NCBI GenBank assembly: GCA_963833985.1
Contig: CAWIAD010000002.1
Location: 5,088,001 to 5,152,000, forward strand
Reading direction: 5' to 3'
DNA from: an uncultured Planctomycetaceae bacterium
GTDB taxonomy: Bacteria; Planctomycetota; Planctomycetia; Isosphaerales; Isosphaeraceae
Length of the DNA: 64,000 nucleotides
Shown here: piece by piece, positions 52,459-64,000 of the stretch
Numbering within the stretch: position 1 is the stretch's first letter
How the letters are laid out: each line of letters opens with the position of its first letter
The notes under the pieces: generated by a model
Told to the model about the DNA's origin: nothing
Database searches by the model: none
Seen by the model: the letters and a program-made list of their open reading frames with translations, nothing else
Translations under genes and position numbers: made by a program

Positions 52459-52759
52459 GCGCAGCGAGCTGGCTGCGCTCTTGCTCACGAGGTTCTGAAA
52501 GGCGCCGCGGTGAACCCATGACCCGGGAAGCACTGCCCTTTCTCAGCCCGTAGGCATGGCGTTCTATCACGTAGCGGCGGGGCGACAGCAACCTTGCCGG
52601 ACTATCGAGTCCATGCGCCGCTCCAGCCGGGAAGGCCCTGGCCGACCCTGGCTCTTCACCCCGCAGACCCAGCGCTAATCCCCGACCTTCGACCTGGCCC
52701 CGGAATCTGCTGTCAGTTCGCAGGTCGCTTGTCCCAGGCCCGAGCCGGTTGAACCGCAG

Positions 52760-53092
52760 ATGAGCCAAGATACGACGGTCGCCTATCGTCAGATTCAGAT
52801 CACAAACAGTCTCGGGCTTCACTTACGTCCCGCCGACAAGTTCGTCAAGGTCGCGCTCCGCTTTCGGTCGGAGATCCGGGTTCACTACAATGGACATCAG
52901 TTTAATGGCAAGAGCATTCTCGATCTGACCACCCTGGCCGCGGAGTGTGGCACGCGCCTGGAGCTGGAAGCGTGCGGGCCGGATGCCTTGGAAGCGCTTG
53001 ACGCCCTGGCGGAGCTGGTATCGGCCCGATTCTACGAAAACGAAAACGGAGACACGATTGCAGACCACCCCACTGCCGATCCCGGGCAATGA
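52760..53092 (+). CDS. ptsH: Phosphocarrier protein HPr
   Basis: NSLGLHLRPA, NGKSIL. Confidence 0.92.
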   Translation: MSQDTTVAYRQIQITNSLGLHLRPADKFVKVALRFRSEIRVHYNGHQFNGKSILDLTTLAAECGTRLELEACGPDALEALDALAELVSARFYENENGDTIADHPTADPGQ

Positions 53093-53269
53093 ATCGGCCG
53101 GACACCTTGTCTGCGCACATGCCGACATGCAGAGCGCTGATGAGGGGTCATGAGCCGCACCCGGAAGTGAGCTCATGCTGGGGACCGTCTGAACACCAAT
53201 CACAGGAAAGATGGCATGCCGCCGGGCTCCTCCACTTCCGCAGCCGTACCTTCACCGCAGGCTGCGCCC

Positions 53270-55039
<1,770 letters not shown>

Positions 55040-55395
55040 GTGCCCAAGTACAGAACGGGATCCGCGAGCGGAAAATCAGCCGGTACCGGAGATCTGAACC
55101 GATCCCGGTTCCGGCACTAGACTGTAACCGGGTTCGCACCCGCACCCCAGGAACGGGTCGTCGAACATCAATTGTTTCACCAGACTCGAGAATCTCAGCC
55201 GTTTCGCTCTTTCAATTCGCGACAGGAGCCCGATATCCAGCCCCGAGCTTTCCCGAACTTGAGGTTCCTTGCCGGCCGCCAACAGCCATGGCAATTCGCC
55301 GGGGTGTTTGCGCGAGGTCGCATCAGGACCGCTCAATCGTAGGGTGAAGGCTCCCTGAAGCTGGCCGTCGGCCGCGACCTGAAACTTCGTGCCCC

Positions 55396-56076
55396 ATGAC
55401 CACAGCCCTGAAGCTGCGTCTCCGTTTTGCCAAGCGCGACGATCTCCGCCTGATCAGCCACCATGATCTCATGCGCTGCCTCGAGCGGATGATCCGGCGT
55501 GCGCGGATCCCCGTGGCCCGGTCCCAGGGGTTCACACCCAGGCCCAGAATCACCTTCGCGCTGGCGCTGGGGCTTGGCCTGGAAGGGCACGACGAGATCG
55601 TTGATATCGAGCTGTCCGAGCCTCAATCGCCCGCCGACGTCCTGTCCCGGCTGACGGAGCAGGCACCAGCGGGGTTGCATTGGCTTGGTGGGGAGACGCT
55701 GGCTGCGCCCGCGAAGGCACCACGGCCTGTGGCACTGGTCTACGAGCTCCAGGTGCCGTTTGAGCATCAGGCTCAGGTCCGCCGGCAGATCGATTTGCTC
55801 CTATCCAGTGCGCACTGGCCTCTGGTGCGGCACCGTCCTGATCGCGAGACCGATCGAACGATCGACCTGCGACCTTTTGTGCTGGATGCCGAGTTGAGCT
55901 TTGGGGGTGTGCTGAGAGCCCGCCTGAAGGTCCTCCCCGAGGGCTCCGCTCGCCCCGAAGAATTGCTGGAATCCCTGGGGATCCGCAATCTTCTGAAGCA
56001 GGGAGCCGTCCTTGCGCGGACCCGCCTGGAACTGGCCGAGGACCACCGAACGGTGCCTACTGATCAAGGAGAGTAA
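55396..56076 (+). CDS. Radical SAM-linked protein (TIGR03936/DUF2344-like)
   Basis: RLRFAKR..LR.ISHHDL.R..ER..RRA.IP...SQGF.PRPRI.FA.AL; upstream of rne as is common. Confidence 0.85.
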   Translation: MTTALKLRLRFAKRDDLRLISHHDLMRCLERMIRRARIPVARSQGFTPRPRITFALALGLGLEGHDEIVDIELSEPQSPADVLSRLTEQAPAGLHWLGGETLAAPAKAPRPVALVYELQVPFEHQAQVRRQIDLLLSSAHWPLVRHRPDRETDRTIDLRPFVLDAELSFGGVLRARLKVLPEGSARPEELLESLGIRNLLKQGAVLARTRLELAEDHRTVPTDQGE

Positions 56077-56239
56077 GCCAGGTCCCCTACGACCTGAGAG
56101 CACGTTCCTCAGTGACTTCGTGGCCTGGCTGCCCGGAAAGCGGCCAGCCCGCAGCGCGAGCCGGACCGAGACACGTACTGGCTCGGTTCCTTGAAACCAA
56201 CCGAACACGCCAACCGCGTTTGTACTGGAAAGAGACCGC

Positions 56240-59200
56240 ATGAAAAAAGAAATGCTGATCAATGTCTTGCAGCCCGAGGAGTGCCGGATCGCCATCGTTG
56301 AGAACGGCGTTCTGGAAGAGCTGTATGTCGAGCGGACCAGCCACGAGAGCTATACCGGCAACATCTACAAAGGCAAGGTCGTCAATCTCGAGCCTGCCAT
56401 CCAGGCCGCTTTTGTCGATTTCTCGGTGGGCCGCAACGGATTTCTCCATGTCTCGGACGTCGAGCCGCAGTATTACAACCGCCATCAGGCGGAAGGACAG
56501 GAAATCGAGCCGGCACCCCGGCCAGGGCCAGGGCCAGGGCCAGGTGCCGGGCCCCGGCAGCGTGATCCGCGCCGTTCCCGTGACCGCGATGACCGGCGGC
56601 GATCACGCCCGGAGCCGATGAACGACGCCTATCCAGCACCACCGCGAGGGGAGCGACTGGACCGCGAGCGCGATCGTCCCGAACGCGAACGCCCGGACCT
56701 CTCAGTACGCGGACACCGCGATCGCTCCGAGACTCCGCGCAGGTTCGGCGAGGGTCTTACGGAGGAACAGGAGGCCGAGGAACGTCGGGCCCTTCCCAAT
56801 GATCCCGACTCATTCGGTTCGCCGGTTCCTCGTGAAGAGGACCTCGCGCCAGATCGACTCGAAGGCGGAGCGGGGACATGGACCGAGAGTGCGGGCCTGG
56901 ACTGGGATATTGACCGCCAGCGCGAACGTGAGCGGGATCTCGAGTCGGAAAGTCAACACGAGCGGGATCCGCGGCCCGAGGAGCTTGAAGAGCCACGCTG
57001 GAGGCCTGCCAGAACGCCCGAACCCCATGATCCGGATCTGCCTCCCAGCCGCACGCAGCGGACGCGATCGACTTCACCACCATCCGCTCACCCGCACGAG
57101 CCGCCGGAGCGCGGTCGTCATCGCTATCCTGCCGCTGTACCCGAACCAAGCGGCGAGGACATGGAGCCTCCCTTCGGCGAGGGACTGACCGCAGATCCGT
57201 ATGCCGGCCGGGAACCGCGCCGGGGACGCGGACGCGGACGCCCGGCTCCCCCTGCCCCTGCTTCACCATCATCCCGGCCACTTCCAGGATTCTCTGAAGA
57301 GGAGCTTGTCCAGCCAGAGGTCGAAGACACTCTGGAGCGGAGGTTGCCACCAGTCGCCGACGACTTTGGACCGATCGTGGAGGAACCAAAGTTTCCAGAG
57401 GCCCCCAGGCGCCGTGGCGGACGAGCCGCGATTCGGTCGCGCGGGGGCGAACGCGGGGGAGAGTTCGATCGCAGTCGGGAACCCTTGCCGCCGGCGGGCC
57501 CCGTTGGGGAACGCCATCTCACCGGCAAGGCCGACGCGGACCTGGAGCGTTACCGCTCGCCTGAGGCCGAGCCTCCCATCCCGCCCGAGCGGGGACGTGG
57601 GACCGAAGTGCCGGACCTGACGAGAGAGAGGACGCGGCCTCATAACCGTGCTGGCGAACCGGGTTACATACCGCGTAGGGAGCGGCTGCGCTCGGGAGAC
57701 CAAGGTCAGGGCGACGTCCCAGCGGCCTACGAATGGTCCGAGCCGCAAGCGGATATCGAAGCAGATATTGAATCGCGAGAATTCCTGGCAGCCGATGACG
57801 ATCCATTCGCCACTCCCGGTGCGGCGGACCCGGCCGACCCGAGGGAAGGCAAACGGCGGCGACGGCGGCGCGGTCGCCGCAGGGAGCGCGAACGCCCCGA
57901 GCTTGAATCCACTGCTTCGACGGGCGGGGACTTTCCGCCTGAGTTCGATGAACTGGGCCCGGAGCCCGGGTACACCACAACCTTCCCCCGCCGGCCTGCC
58001 GAAAGTCGGAGGCCCTCCGCGGAGGGAGAAGAGCTGGATCTGGACATCGACGACATCGAGGATGCCGACCTCGACGACGCCCGGGCGCTGGATGACGAGG
58101 ACGTGATGGTCGACGATCTCCAGGCCCCGGGTGTCCGCGTCCCCGAGGAGGACATCGACCCCGAACTCGAGCAGGAAATCCGCAAGGAAATCGAGGAGAT
58201 AGAGGAACTGGAGCGCGAGATGGGCCTGCGCGGTCCGGTGGAGGCCCGTCCCGGCCGGGGCGACGACCTCGCGCGGGGAGGCCGCTCGGGGCGGGGACGG
58301 GGTCTGGTTAAACCGCCCATCCAGGAGATTTTCCGCCGGGGCGACGAGGTGCTGGTCCAGGTGATCAAGGAAAGCATCGGCACAAAGGGGCCAACGCTCT
58401 CCACCTACATCAGCATCCCCGGCCGTTATCTCGTGCTCATGCCTGGATTGAACCGCGTCGGGGTGTCACGCAAGATCGTCGATGAAGGCCAGCGCCGCAA
58501 GCTCCGCGAGATCATGCACGAGCTGAACCCGCCAAAGGGCCTTGGTTTCATCGTGCGGACCGCCGGGCTGGAGCGCACGAAGCGTGAGCTGGCACGCGAT
58601 CTGGCTTATCTGCTGCGGCTCTGGAAGGTGATCTTGCGGCGGATCAAGCGCACGCGCACGCCCGGGCCGATCTACCAGGAATCGGATATGATCACCCGGA
58701 CGATCCGGGATATCTTCACCTCCGAGATCGATACGATCTGGATCGACGAGCCTTCCGCCTTCGAGCGGGCCCAGGAGTTTCTTCGCGTGGTCATGCCCCG
58801 GTTCGTGAACCGGATCAAGCTGTACGACGAGAAGGTGCCGCTGTTCCACAAGTACGGCATCGAGGACGAGATCGCCAAGATCCAGCGCCGGCACGTCCCC
58901 TTGCCCGAAGGCGGATCGATCGTCATCGACCAGACCGAAGCCCTCGTGGCCATCGACGTCAACTCGGGCAACTTCCGGGTTGAGGACGACGCCGAAAAGA
59001 CCGCCTACGAGATGAACCTCCGCGCGGCCAAGGAGATCGCCCGCCAGCTTCGGCTGCGCGACCTGGGCGGCGTGATCGTCAACGACTTCATCGACATGCG
59101 CGAGGAGCGGCACAGCCGGGGCGTGGAACGCGCCCTCCGTGAGGCCATCAAGCGCGATCGCGCCCGGACCAAGATTCTCCGCATGAGCGCTTTCGGACTG

Positions 59201-59578
59201 ATCGAGATGACCCGCCAGCGAATCCGCCCCAGCCTGAAGCGGTCCATCTACGAGGACTGCTCGCACTGCACCGGCGCGGGAGTCGTCAAGACCGCCGAAA
59301 GCATGGCCATCGACGTGATGCGCATCCTCGCCCTGGGATCCCACCGCGAGGACATCCGCCGCATCAATATCACCGTCAGCCCCGGGGTCGCCACCTACCT
59401 GAATAACCGCAAGCGCAAGGAGGTTGCCAGGATCGAGAGTGAATCCGGTATGTCCATCCAGATCAACTTCAAGGAGAACGTGCCGGCAGAGTTCTTGCAG
59501 ATCGACTGCTACGACGCCAATAGCAGCGAGGTGCGGCTCTTTCCCTTGCCCGCTCCGGGGTCGAAGCGCGCCCATTGA
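56240..59578 (+). CDS. rne: Ribonuclease E/G family with a roughly 610-aa disordered insertion in the S1 domain
   Basis: GNIYKGKV.NLEP.IQAAFVD, resumes at PIQEIF..GDEVLVQVIKE.IGTKG; AIDVNSG; QLRLRDLGG.IV.DFIDM; CSHC Zn-link. Confidence 0.92.
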   Translation: MKKEMLINVLQPEECRIAIVENGVLEELYVERTSHESYTGNIYKGKVVNLEPAIQAAFVDFSVGRNGFLHVSDVEPQYYNRHQAEGQEIEPAPRPGPGPGPGAGPRQRDPRRSRDRDDRRRSRPEPMNDAYPAPPRGERLDRERDRPERERPDLSVRGHRDRSETPRRFGEGLTEEQEAEERRALPNDPDSFGSPVPREEDLAPDRLEGGAGTWTESAGLDWDIDRQRERERDLESESQHERDPRPEELEEPRWRPARTPEPHDPDLPPSRTQRTRSTSPPSAHPHEPPERGRHRYPAAVPEPSGEDMEPPFGEGLTADPYAGREPRRGRGRGRPAPPAPASPSSRPLPGFSEEELVQPEVEDTLERRLPPVADDFGPIVEEPKFPEAPRRRGGRAAIRSRGGERGGEFDRSREPLPPAGPVGERHLTGKADADLERYRSPEAEPPIPPERGRGTEVPDLTRERTRPHNRAGEPGYIPRRERLRSGDQGQGDVPAAYEWSEPQADIEADIESREFLAADDDPFATPGAADPADPREGKRRRRRRGRRRERERPELESTASTGGDFPPEFDELGPEPGYTTTFPRRPAESRRPSAEGEELDLDIDDIEDADLDDARALDDEDVMVDDLQAPGVRVPEEDIDPELEQEIRKEIEEIEELEREMGLRGPVEARPGRGDDLARGGRSGRGRGLVKPPIQEIFRRGDEVLVQVIKESIGTKGPTLSTYISIPGRYLVLMPGLNRVGVSRKIVDEGQRRKLREIMHELNPPKGLGFIVRTAGLERTKRELARDLAYLLRLWKVILRRIKRTRTPGPIYQESDMITRTIRDIFTSEIDTIWIDEPSAFERAQEFLRVVMPRFVNRIKLYDEKVPLFHKYGIEDEIAKIQRRHVPLPEGGSIVIDQTEALVAIDVNSGNFRVEDDAEKTAYEMNLRAAKEIARQLRLRDLGGVIVNDFIDMREERHSRGVERALREAIKRDRARTKILRMSAFGLIEMTRQRIRPSLKRSIYEDCSHCTGAGVVKTAESMAIDVMRILALGSHREDIRRINITVSPGVATYLNNRKRKEVARIESESGMSIQINFKENVPAEFLQIDCYDANSSEVRLFPLPAPGSKRAH

Positions 59579-59730
59579 AGCCGCGAGCCGGCGCCTGATC
59601 GGCGTCGCAGTGCGCCAGGACTTTCCGCGGGCCGAAGTTCCGCGGCCCTGGCGCGCCGCAGCGCCGTACTGCTCGCAAGCCGGCGGGGCTGATCTTTCGA
59701 TCCGTGTCGCATGAGATGGAGGTAAGGGTC

Positions 59731-60738
59731 ATGCCGTTGCAACCCAGCACCGGTTATCCATTGCACCGTCCCCGCCGCCTCCGCGCTCATCCGCGCCTAC
59801 GCGACCTGGTGCGCGAAAACCATCTGAACATCCATGACCTGATCTACCCCCTGTTCGTCTACCACGGCGTAAACGTGCGGCGTGAGGTGGCGTCGATGCC
59901 CGGGCAGTACCAGCTCTCCCTCGACCGGCTCGGCGAAGCTGTCTCGGAAGTTGCCGAACTGGGCATTCCGGGCATCCTGCTGTTCGGGATACCGGAACAC
60001 AAGGATGCGTTCGGCTCGGCAGCCGCACGCGACGACGGAATTGTCCAGGAAGCAATCAGGATCAGCCGGCGTCAGGCTCCCGGCCTGCTGATCATCACGG
60101 ATCTGTGCTTCTGCGAGTACACCGATCATGGCCACTGCGGCCCCCTGAGCGAGAGCACCGGCCGGCTTGACGTGGACAACGATGCCACACTGCCGCTTCT
60201 GGCCCAGCAGGCAACCAGCCATGCGCGGGCCGGCGCTGACATGATCGCACCGTCGGGAATGATCGACGGCATGGTCCAGGCCATTCGAACGGGCCTTGAC
60301 GGCTCGGGCTTCACGCACGTCCCGATCATGTCCTACGCCGCAAAGTTTGCCAGCGGCTACTACGGGCCATTTCGGGACGCGGCGGAGAGCACTCCCAGCT
60401 TCGGCGATCGGCGCGGCTACCAGATGGACCCGGCCAACGGCAATGAGGCGATCCGCGAGGTGGCTCTTGACCTGGCCGAGGGGGCCGATATCGTCATGGT
60501 CAAACCGGCATTGGCCTATCTCGACATCGCCCACCGCGTGAAGGAGACGTTCGGCGTCCCCGTCGCGGCGTACAACGTTTCCGGAGAGTACGCCATGGTC
60601 AAGGCCGCAGCGCTACGCGGATGGATCGATGAGCGGCGGATCGTGCTCGAGACGCTCACCGGCTTCAAGCGGGCCGGAATTGACATGATCCTCACCTATC
60701 ACGCTCTCGATGTGGCTCGGTGGTTGAAACAAGGGTAG
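59731..60738 (+). CDS. hemB: Porphobilinogen synthase
   Basis: [45 protein letters not shown]. Confidence 0.97.
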   Translation: MPLQPSTGYPLHRPRRLRAHPRLRDLVRENHLNIHDLIYPLFVYHGVNVRREVASMPGQYQLSLDRLGEAVSEVAELGIPGILLFGIPEHKDAFGSAAARDDGIVQEAIRISRRQAPGLLIITDLCFCEYTDHGHCGPLSESTGRLDVDNDATLPLLAQQATSHARAGADMIAPSGMIDGMVQAIRTGLDGSGFTHVPIMSYAAKFASGYYGPFRDAAESTPSFGDRRGYQMDPANGNEAIREVALDLAEGADIVMVKPALAYLDIAHRVKETFGVPVAAYNVSGEYAMVKAAALRGWIDERRIVLETLTGFKRAGIDMILTYHALDVARWLKQG

Positions 60739-60799
60739 GCCTGGCAGGCATATCCAGTTGCCGCCATCAATGAATACCTACGGTATTTCGGCTCCGCTC

Positions 60800-61735
60800 A
60801 TGTCCAAGCCGTTTGACGCGACTGCCAAGGAATTGCTGGAGATCGATCCCAGGGCCTGGCTGGAGCTGCTCTTGGGCCGATCCTTCAACCGTGTACGCAT
60901 CCTCAACGTCGATCTCTCCACCATCACCACCGAGGCCGACTCGGTGCTCCTGGTCGAGGAGCCTGATCCCTGGATCGTGCACCTGGAGTTCCAGTCCAGC
61001 TACGATCCCGACCTGCCACGACGGCTCCATCGCTACAACACCCTGGTCAATTACCGGTACCGGCGGCCCGTGCAAAGCGTCGCACTCCTGCTTTGCCCCG
61101 ACGCGGATGGGCCAGCACTCGACGGACTGTTCCAGCATGGATTACCCGACGGCTCCTTCTACCTCCAGTTCCGCTATAATATCGTCAGAACCTGGCAGCG
61201 GTCGCCCGCCGAGATCCTTGCTGGGAGCCTGGCTACCTTGCCTCTGGCACCGCTGGGGAATGTGCGCGAGCAAGAACTGCCCACGCTCGTCCAGGCCATG
61301 CAGCAACGGTTGGACCGGGAAGCAACTCGAAGCCAGGCAGCACGGCTCTGGACGGCCACCTATCTACTCATGGGACTGACTTATCCGGACGAACTCATCG
61401 ATCGTTTGCTCGAAGGAGTACAGAACATGGCTGAATCGGTGACCTACCAAAAGATCCTCAGACAGGGGCGCGCCGAAGGACGCAATGAAGGACGCAATGA
61501 AGGGCTTGCCGAGGGTCGCAATGAAGGACGCGCCGAGGGTCGCAATGAAGGACGCGCCGAGGGAGTGAAGCGGGCAATCAAACGCATCGGCAGCCGGCGC
61601 TTCGGCCCCCTCGATCCTACCGCCGAAGCCGCTTTGGACACCATCATAGACCTGGAGAAACTCGACGACCTGGCTGTTCGCGTCCTCGAGGTCAACGGGT
61701 GGGATGAGCTGCTTCGCAGCCCCGAAAAATCATGA
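60800..61735 (+). CDS. Rpn/YhgA-like PD-(D/E)XK nuclease-domain protein with EG-repeat and DUF4351-like tail
   Basis: KPFDATAKELLE, EADSV, HLEFQS, TLPLAPL, MAESVTYQKIL, (GRAE/GRNE)x8, RRFG, DLEKLDDL. Confidence 0.8.
   Translation: MSKPFDATAKELLEIDPRAWLELLLGRSFNRVRILNVDLSTITTEADSVLLVEEPDPWIVHLEFQSSYDPDLPRRLHRYNTLVNYRYRRPVQSVALLLCPDADGPALDGLFQHGLPDGSFYLQFRYNIVRTWQRSPAEILAGSLATLPLAPLGNVREQELPTLVQAMQQRLDREATRSQAARLWTATYLLMGLTYPDELIDRLLEGVQNMAESVTYQKILRQGRAEGRNEGRNEGLAEGRNEGRAEGRNEGRAEGVKRAIKRIGSRRFGPLDPTAEAALDTIIDLEKLDDLAVRVLEVNGWDELLRSPEKS
61466..61561 (+). repeat. Eight 12-bp units encoding G-R/L-A/N-E
   Basis: GGACGCAATGAA / GGTCGCAATGAA / GGACGCGCCGAG variants. Confidence 0.9.
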
Positions 61736-63087
61736 GCACCACGACCCCAGCAACCTCGCGACCCGAGTTTGCGCTCCCCCGCAGCCACGACGCGTTCGTC
61801 CGCGCCAACCGCGTCATTCCCGGCGGCGTGAACAGCCCGGCGCGTGCGTTCGGTGCGGTTGGCGGTGAACCGCCGTTCATGGAGCGCGCCCAAGGGGCCT
61901 ACCTGTACGACATCGATGGCCACCGATACATCGATTATATCGGCTCGTGGGGGCCAATGATCCTCGGGCATGCTCATCCGGGCGTCCGCGCGGGGATCAC
62001 CGCGGCGCTTGACGCCGGCTCGAGCTTCGGTGCCCCGACGGTGCGCGAAAGCGAGATCGCTGAGACCGTTACCCACGCGGTTCCGTCCATCGAGAAGGTG
62101 CGATTTGTCTCTTCCGGCACCGAGGCCGCCATGTCGGCCGTGCGGCGTGCGCGCGGGGTCACTGAGCGTGACAAGATCATCAAGATGACGGGCCACTATC
62201 ACGGCCACATCGACGCTCTACTCGTGCAGGCGGGGTCGGCCGCGACGACGCTGGGCACACCAAACAGTCCGGGAGTGACGTCCGGCGCCACGCGGGACAC
62301 CCTGCTTTGCCCGTTCAACGATGCATCGGCTGTCGCCGATCTGCTCGATCATCACCCCGGACAGGTGGCTGCGGTCTTGCTGGAACCGATCGCCGGCAAC
62401 ATGGGCCTGGTTCCTCCGCGCCCCGGCTACCTGGAAACTCTCCGTGAGTTGACCGCGAAGCATGGCACCCTGCTCATCTTCGATGAAGTCATGACAGGGT
62501 TCCGTGTCGCTTACGGAGGCGCTCAGGCGCTGTACCAGGTAACGCCCGACCTGACGGCCCTGGGAAAGATCATCGGAGGCGGCCTTCCTGCTGCGGCCTA
62601 CGGCGCATCAGCACCGATCATGGACCATGTCTCACCGGCCGGGCCGGTCTACCAGGCAGGCACGCTGTCGGGCAACCCGCTGGCCATGGCAGCCGGCCTG
62701 TGTACACTGCAAGTCCTCCGTGACGAAGCACCCTATGAGCGGCTCGAGGCACTTTCAGCCCGCCTTGCCGAGGGATTGGACAAGGTTGCCACTGACACTG
62801 GGCTTCCTCACGTCGTCCAGCGCGTGGGCAGCATGCTGACGCTCTTTTTCCAGGGCGGACCCGTGCACAGCTACGAGCAAGCCAAGCAGTCCGATACGAA
62901 ACTCTTCGCCCGCTTCTTCTGGGAGATGCTCGCGCGCGGAGTCTATCTGCCGTGCAGCCAGTTCGAGGCCGCGTTCGTCTCCACGGCGCATACCGAGGAC
63001 GACATCGACCAGACGATCGAGGCTGCCCGAGAGTCGCTGCAAGCCATCGTGCAAGAGTGCCCTATCTCTGCGGACTCGAAGGCTTGA
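61732..63087 (+). CDS. hemL: Glutamate-1-semialdehyde 2,1-aminomutase
   Basis: PGGVNSPARAF, YIGSWGPMILGH, SGTEA, FDEVMTGFR, GKIIGGGLP, YQAGTLSGNP. Confidence 0.97.
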   Translation: MSTTTPATSRPEFALPRSHDAFVRANRVIPGGVNSPARAFGAVGGEPPFMERAQGAYLYDIDGHRYIDYIGSWGPMILGHAHPGVRAGITAALDAGSSFGAPTVRESEIAETVTHAVPSIEKVRFVSSGTEAAMSAVRRARGVTERDKIIKMTGHYHGHIDALLVQAGSAATTLGTPNSPGVTSGATRDTLLCPFNDASAVADLLDHHPGQVAAVLLEPIAGNMGLVPPRPGYLETLRELTAKHGTLLIFDEVMTGFRVAYGGAQALYQVTPDLTALGKIIGGGLPAAAYGASAPIMDHVSPAGPVYQAGTLSGNPLAMAAGLCTLQVLRDEAPYERLEALSARLAEGLDKVATDTGLPHVVQRVGSMLTLFFQGGPVHSYEQAKQSDTKLFARFFWEMLARGVYLPCSQFEAAFVSTAHTEDDIDQTIEAARESLQAIVQECPISADSKA

Positions 63088-63101
63088 GGAGCTCGCGGAA
63101 C

Positions 63102-63917
63102 ATGAGCGTGAGTGTGAGCCTTGTTCGTCGTCGAATCATCATCGCCTCGGGACTCATCCCGGCGACACTCTCTGCCTGTCTCTACGCGGCAATGCGCGAC
63201 CTTGAAGTCGGGTCGTTGCCCGCGGAGCAGGGAAATGCCGCTCAGGCAGACATGATCACCCGCCAGGCAGTTTGCCGGTGGGCCAGCAAGCCTCCCGTGC
63301 TCGATGGAAAGCTTGACGATCCCTGCTGGCAGGAGGCCTCGGTTATCGACCACTTCGCGGCTTACTGGAACAAGCTCCCCCGAGCCGGCACACGCGCCTA
63401 TCTCGTCTGGGATGATCAAGCCGTTTATTACGGAGCAAGCCTGGACGATGCCGAAGTCCGAGCGTTCGGCACCCAGCGTAATGACACTCTCTGGGAAGGT
63501 GACGTCTTCGAGCTGTTCCTGAAACCGAGTGCCGACCGTCCTGAGTACTTCGAGTTTCAGGGCAATCCTCGAGGCACGGTATTCGAGATGGCATTTGCAA
63601 TGCGCGGTCAGTACCCTCGGCATTTCAACGAAGCCCCTGTCCTGGGAACAATGGCGGTGGCACGGGTGGACGGCACACTTGATCGTTCCGGCGACAAGGA
63701 CCGGGGCTGGACCATCGAGGGCCGCATTCCCTGGACAGCCTTTCAGCTCACGGGTGCCAGGCCGAAGCCGGGCGATACCTGGCTGTTCGCACTCTGCCGG
63801 TACGATTACGGGCCGAAGGGGACAAAACCGGTTCTCATGAGCTCGGCACCGTTAACCCAACCCAGCTTCCATCGCTTCGAAGACTACGGCATGCTGCGAT
63901 TCGAGGGACCACAGTGA
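63102..63917 (+). CDS. Carbohydrate-binding family 9-like protein
   Basis: PVLDGKLDDPCW, WDDQAVY, LWEGDVFELF, YFEFQ.NP.G, WTIE.RIPW; N-terminal hydrophobic segment. Confidence 0.8.
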   Translation: MSVSVSLVRRRIIIASGLIPATLSACLYAAMRDLEVGSLPAEQGNAAQADMITRQAVCRWASKPPVLDGKLDDPCWQEASVIDHFAAYWNKLPRAGTRAYLVWDDQAVYYGASLDDAEVRAFGTQRNDTLWEGDVFELFLKPSADRPEYFEFQGNPRGTVFEMAFAMRGQYPRHFNEAPVLGTMAVARVDGTLDRSGDKDRGWTIEGRIPWTAFQLTGARPKPGDTWLFALCRYDYGPKGTKPVLMSSAPLTQPSFHRFEDYGMLRFEGPQ

Positions 63918-64000
63918 AAGCTGTGAGGAGCGGATGCTCGATCGCGATTCCTCTCAATCGGCCTCACTCTCACGGCACTCTCAGAATTTCATAGATTGAT

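Noticed and set aside
55105..55145. tRNA-like words (GACTGTAA, GGGTTCG)
   Set aside because: No cloverleaf, acceptor stem or correct spacing.

Overview
GC-rich (roughly 65%) bacterial chromosomal segment. Gene content and style point to a planctomycete, probably Isosphaeraceae-like (inference): an ECF sigma + Ser/Thr kinase-WD40 pair, Gly/Met-repeat secreted protein, membrane-anchored sulfatase-like paralogues, and RNase E/G with a giant S1 insertion. The left part (1-12.3 kb) is accessory: multi-PAS/GAF sensor, IS21 and IS630 remnants with REP-like palindromes, ECF/STK module, and toxin-antitoxin genes bracketed by a duplicated 3' end of a HAD phosphatase gene. The middle has an M20 peptidase-serS-mgtE run, a putative envelope-modification cluster (alkaline-phosphatase-superfamily enzymes plus SGNH protein), a BlaI-type repressor with a visible promoter/operator, a TPR-sulfotransferase and amrS/amrB. 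The right part is housekeeping (lactate permease, hpf-ptsN-ptsH-ptsP, rne, hemB, hemL), with an Rpn-like gene between hemB and hemL that carries an internal in-frame RBS/start. About 11 frameshifts split otherwise intact genes and are most likely sequencing/assembly indels. No rRNA, tRNA or CRISPR array was seen. All calls come from motif recognition by eye; no database searches were run.
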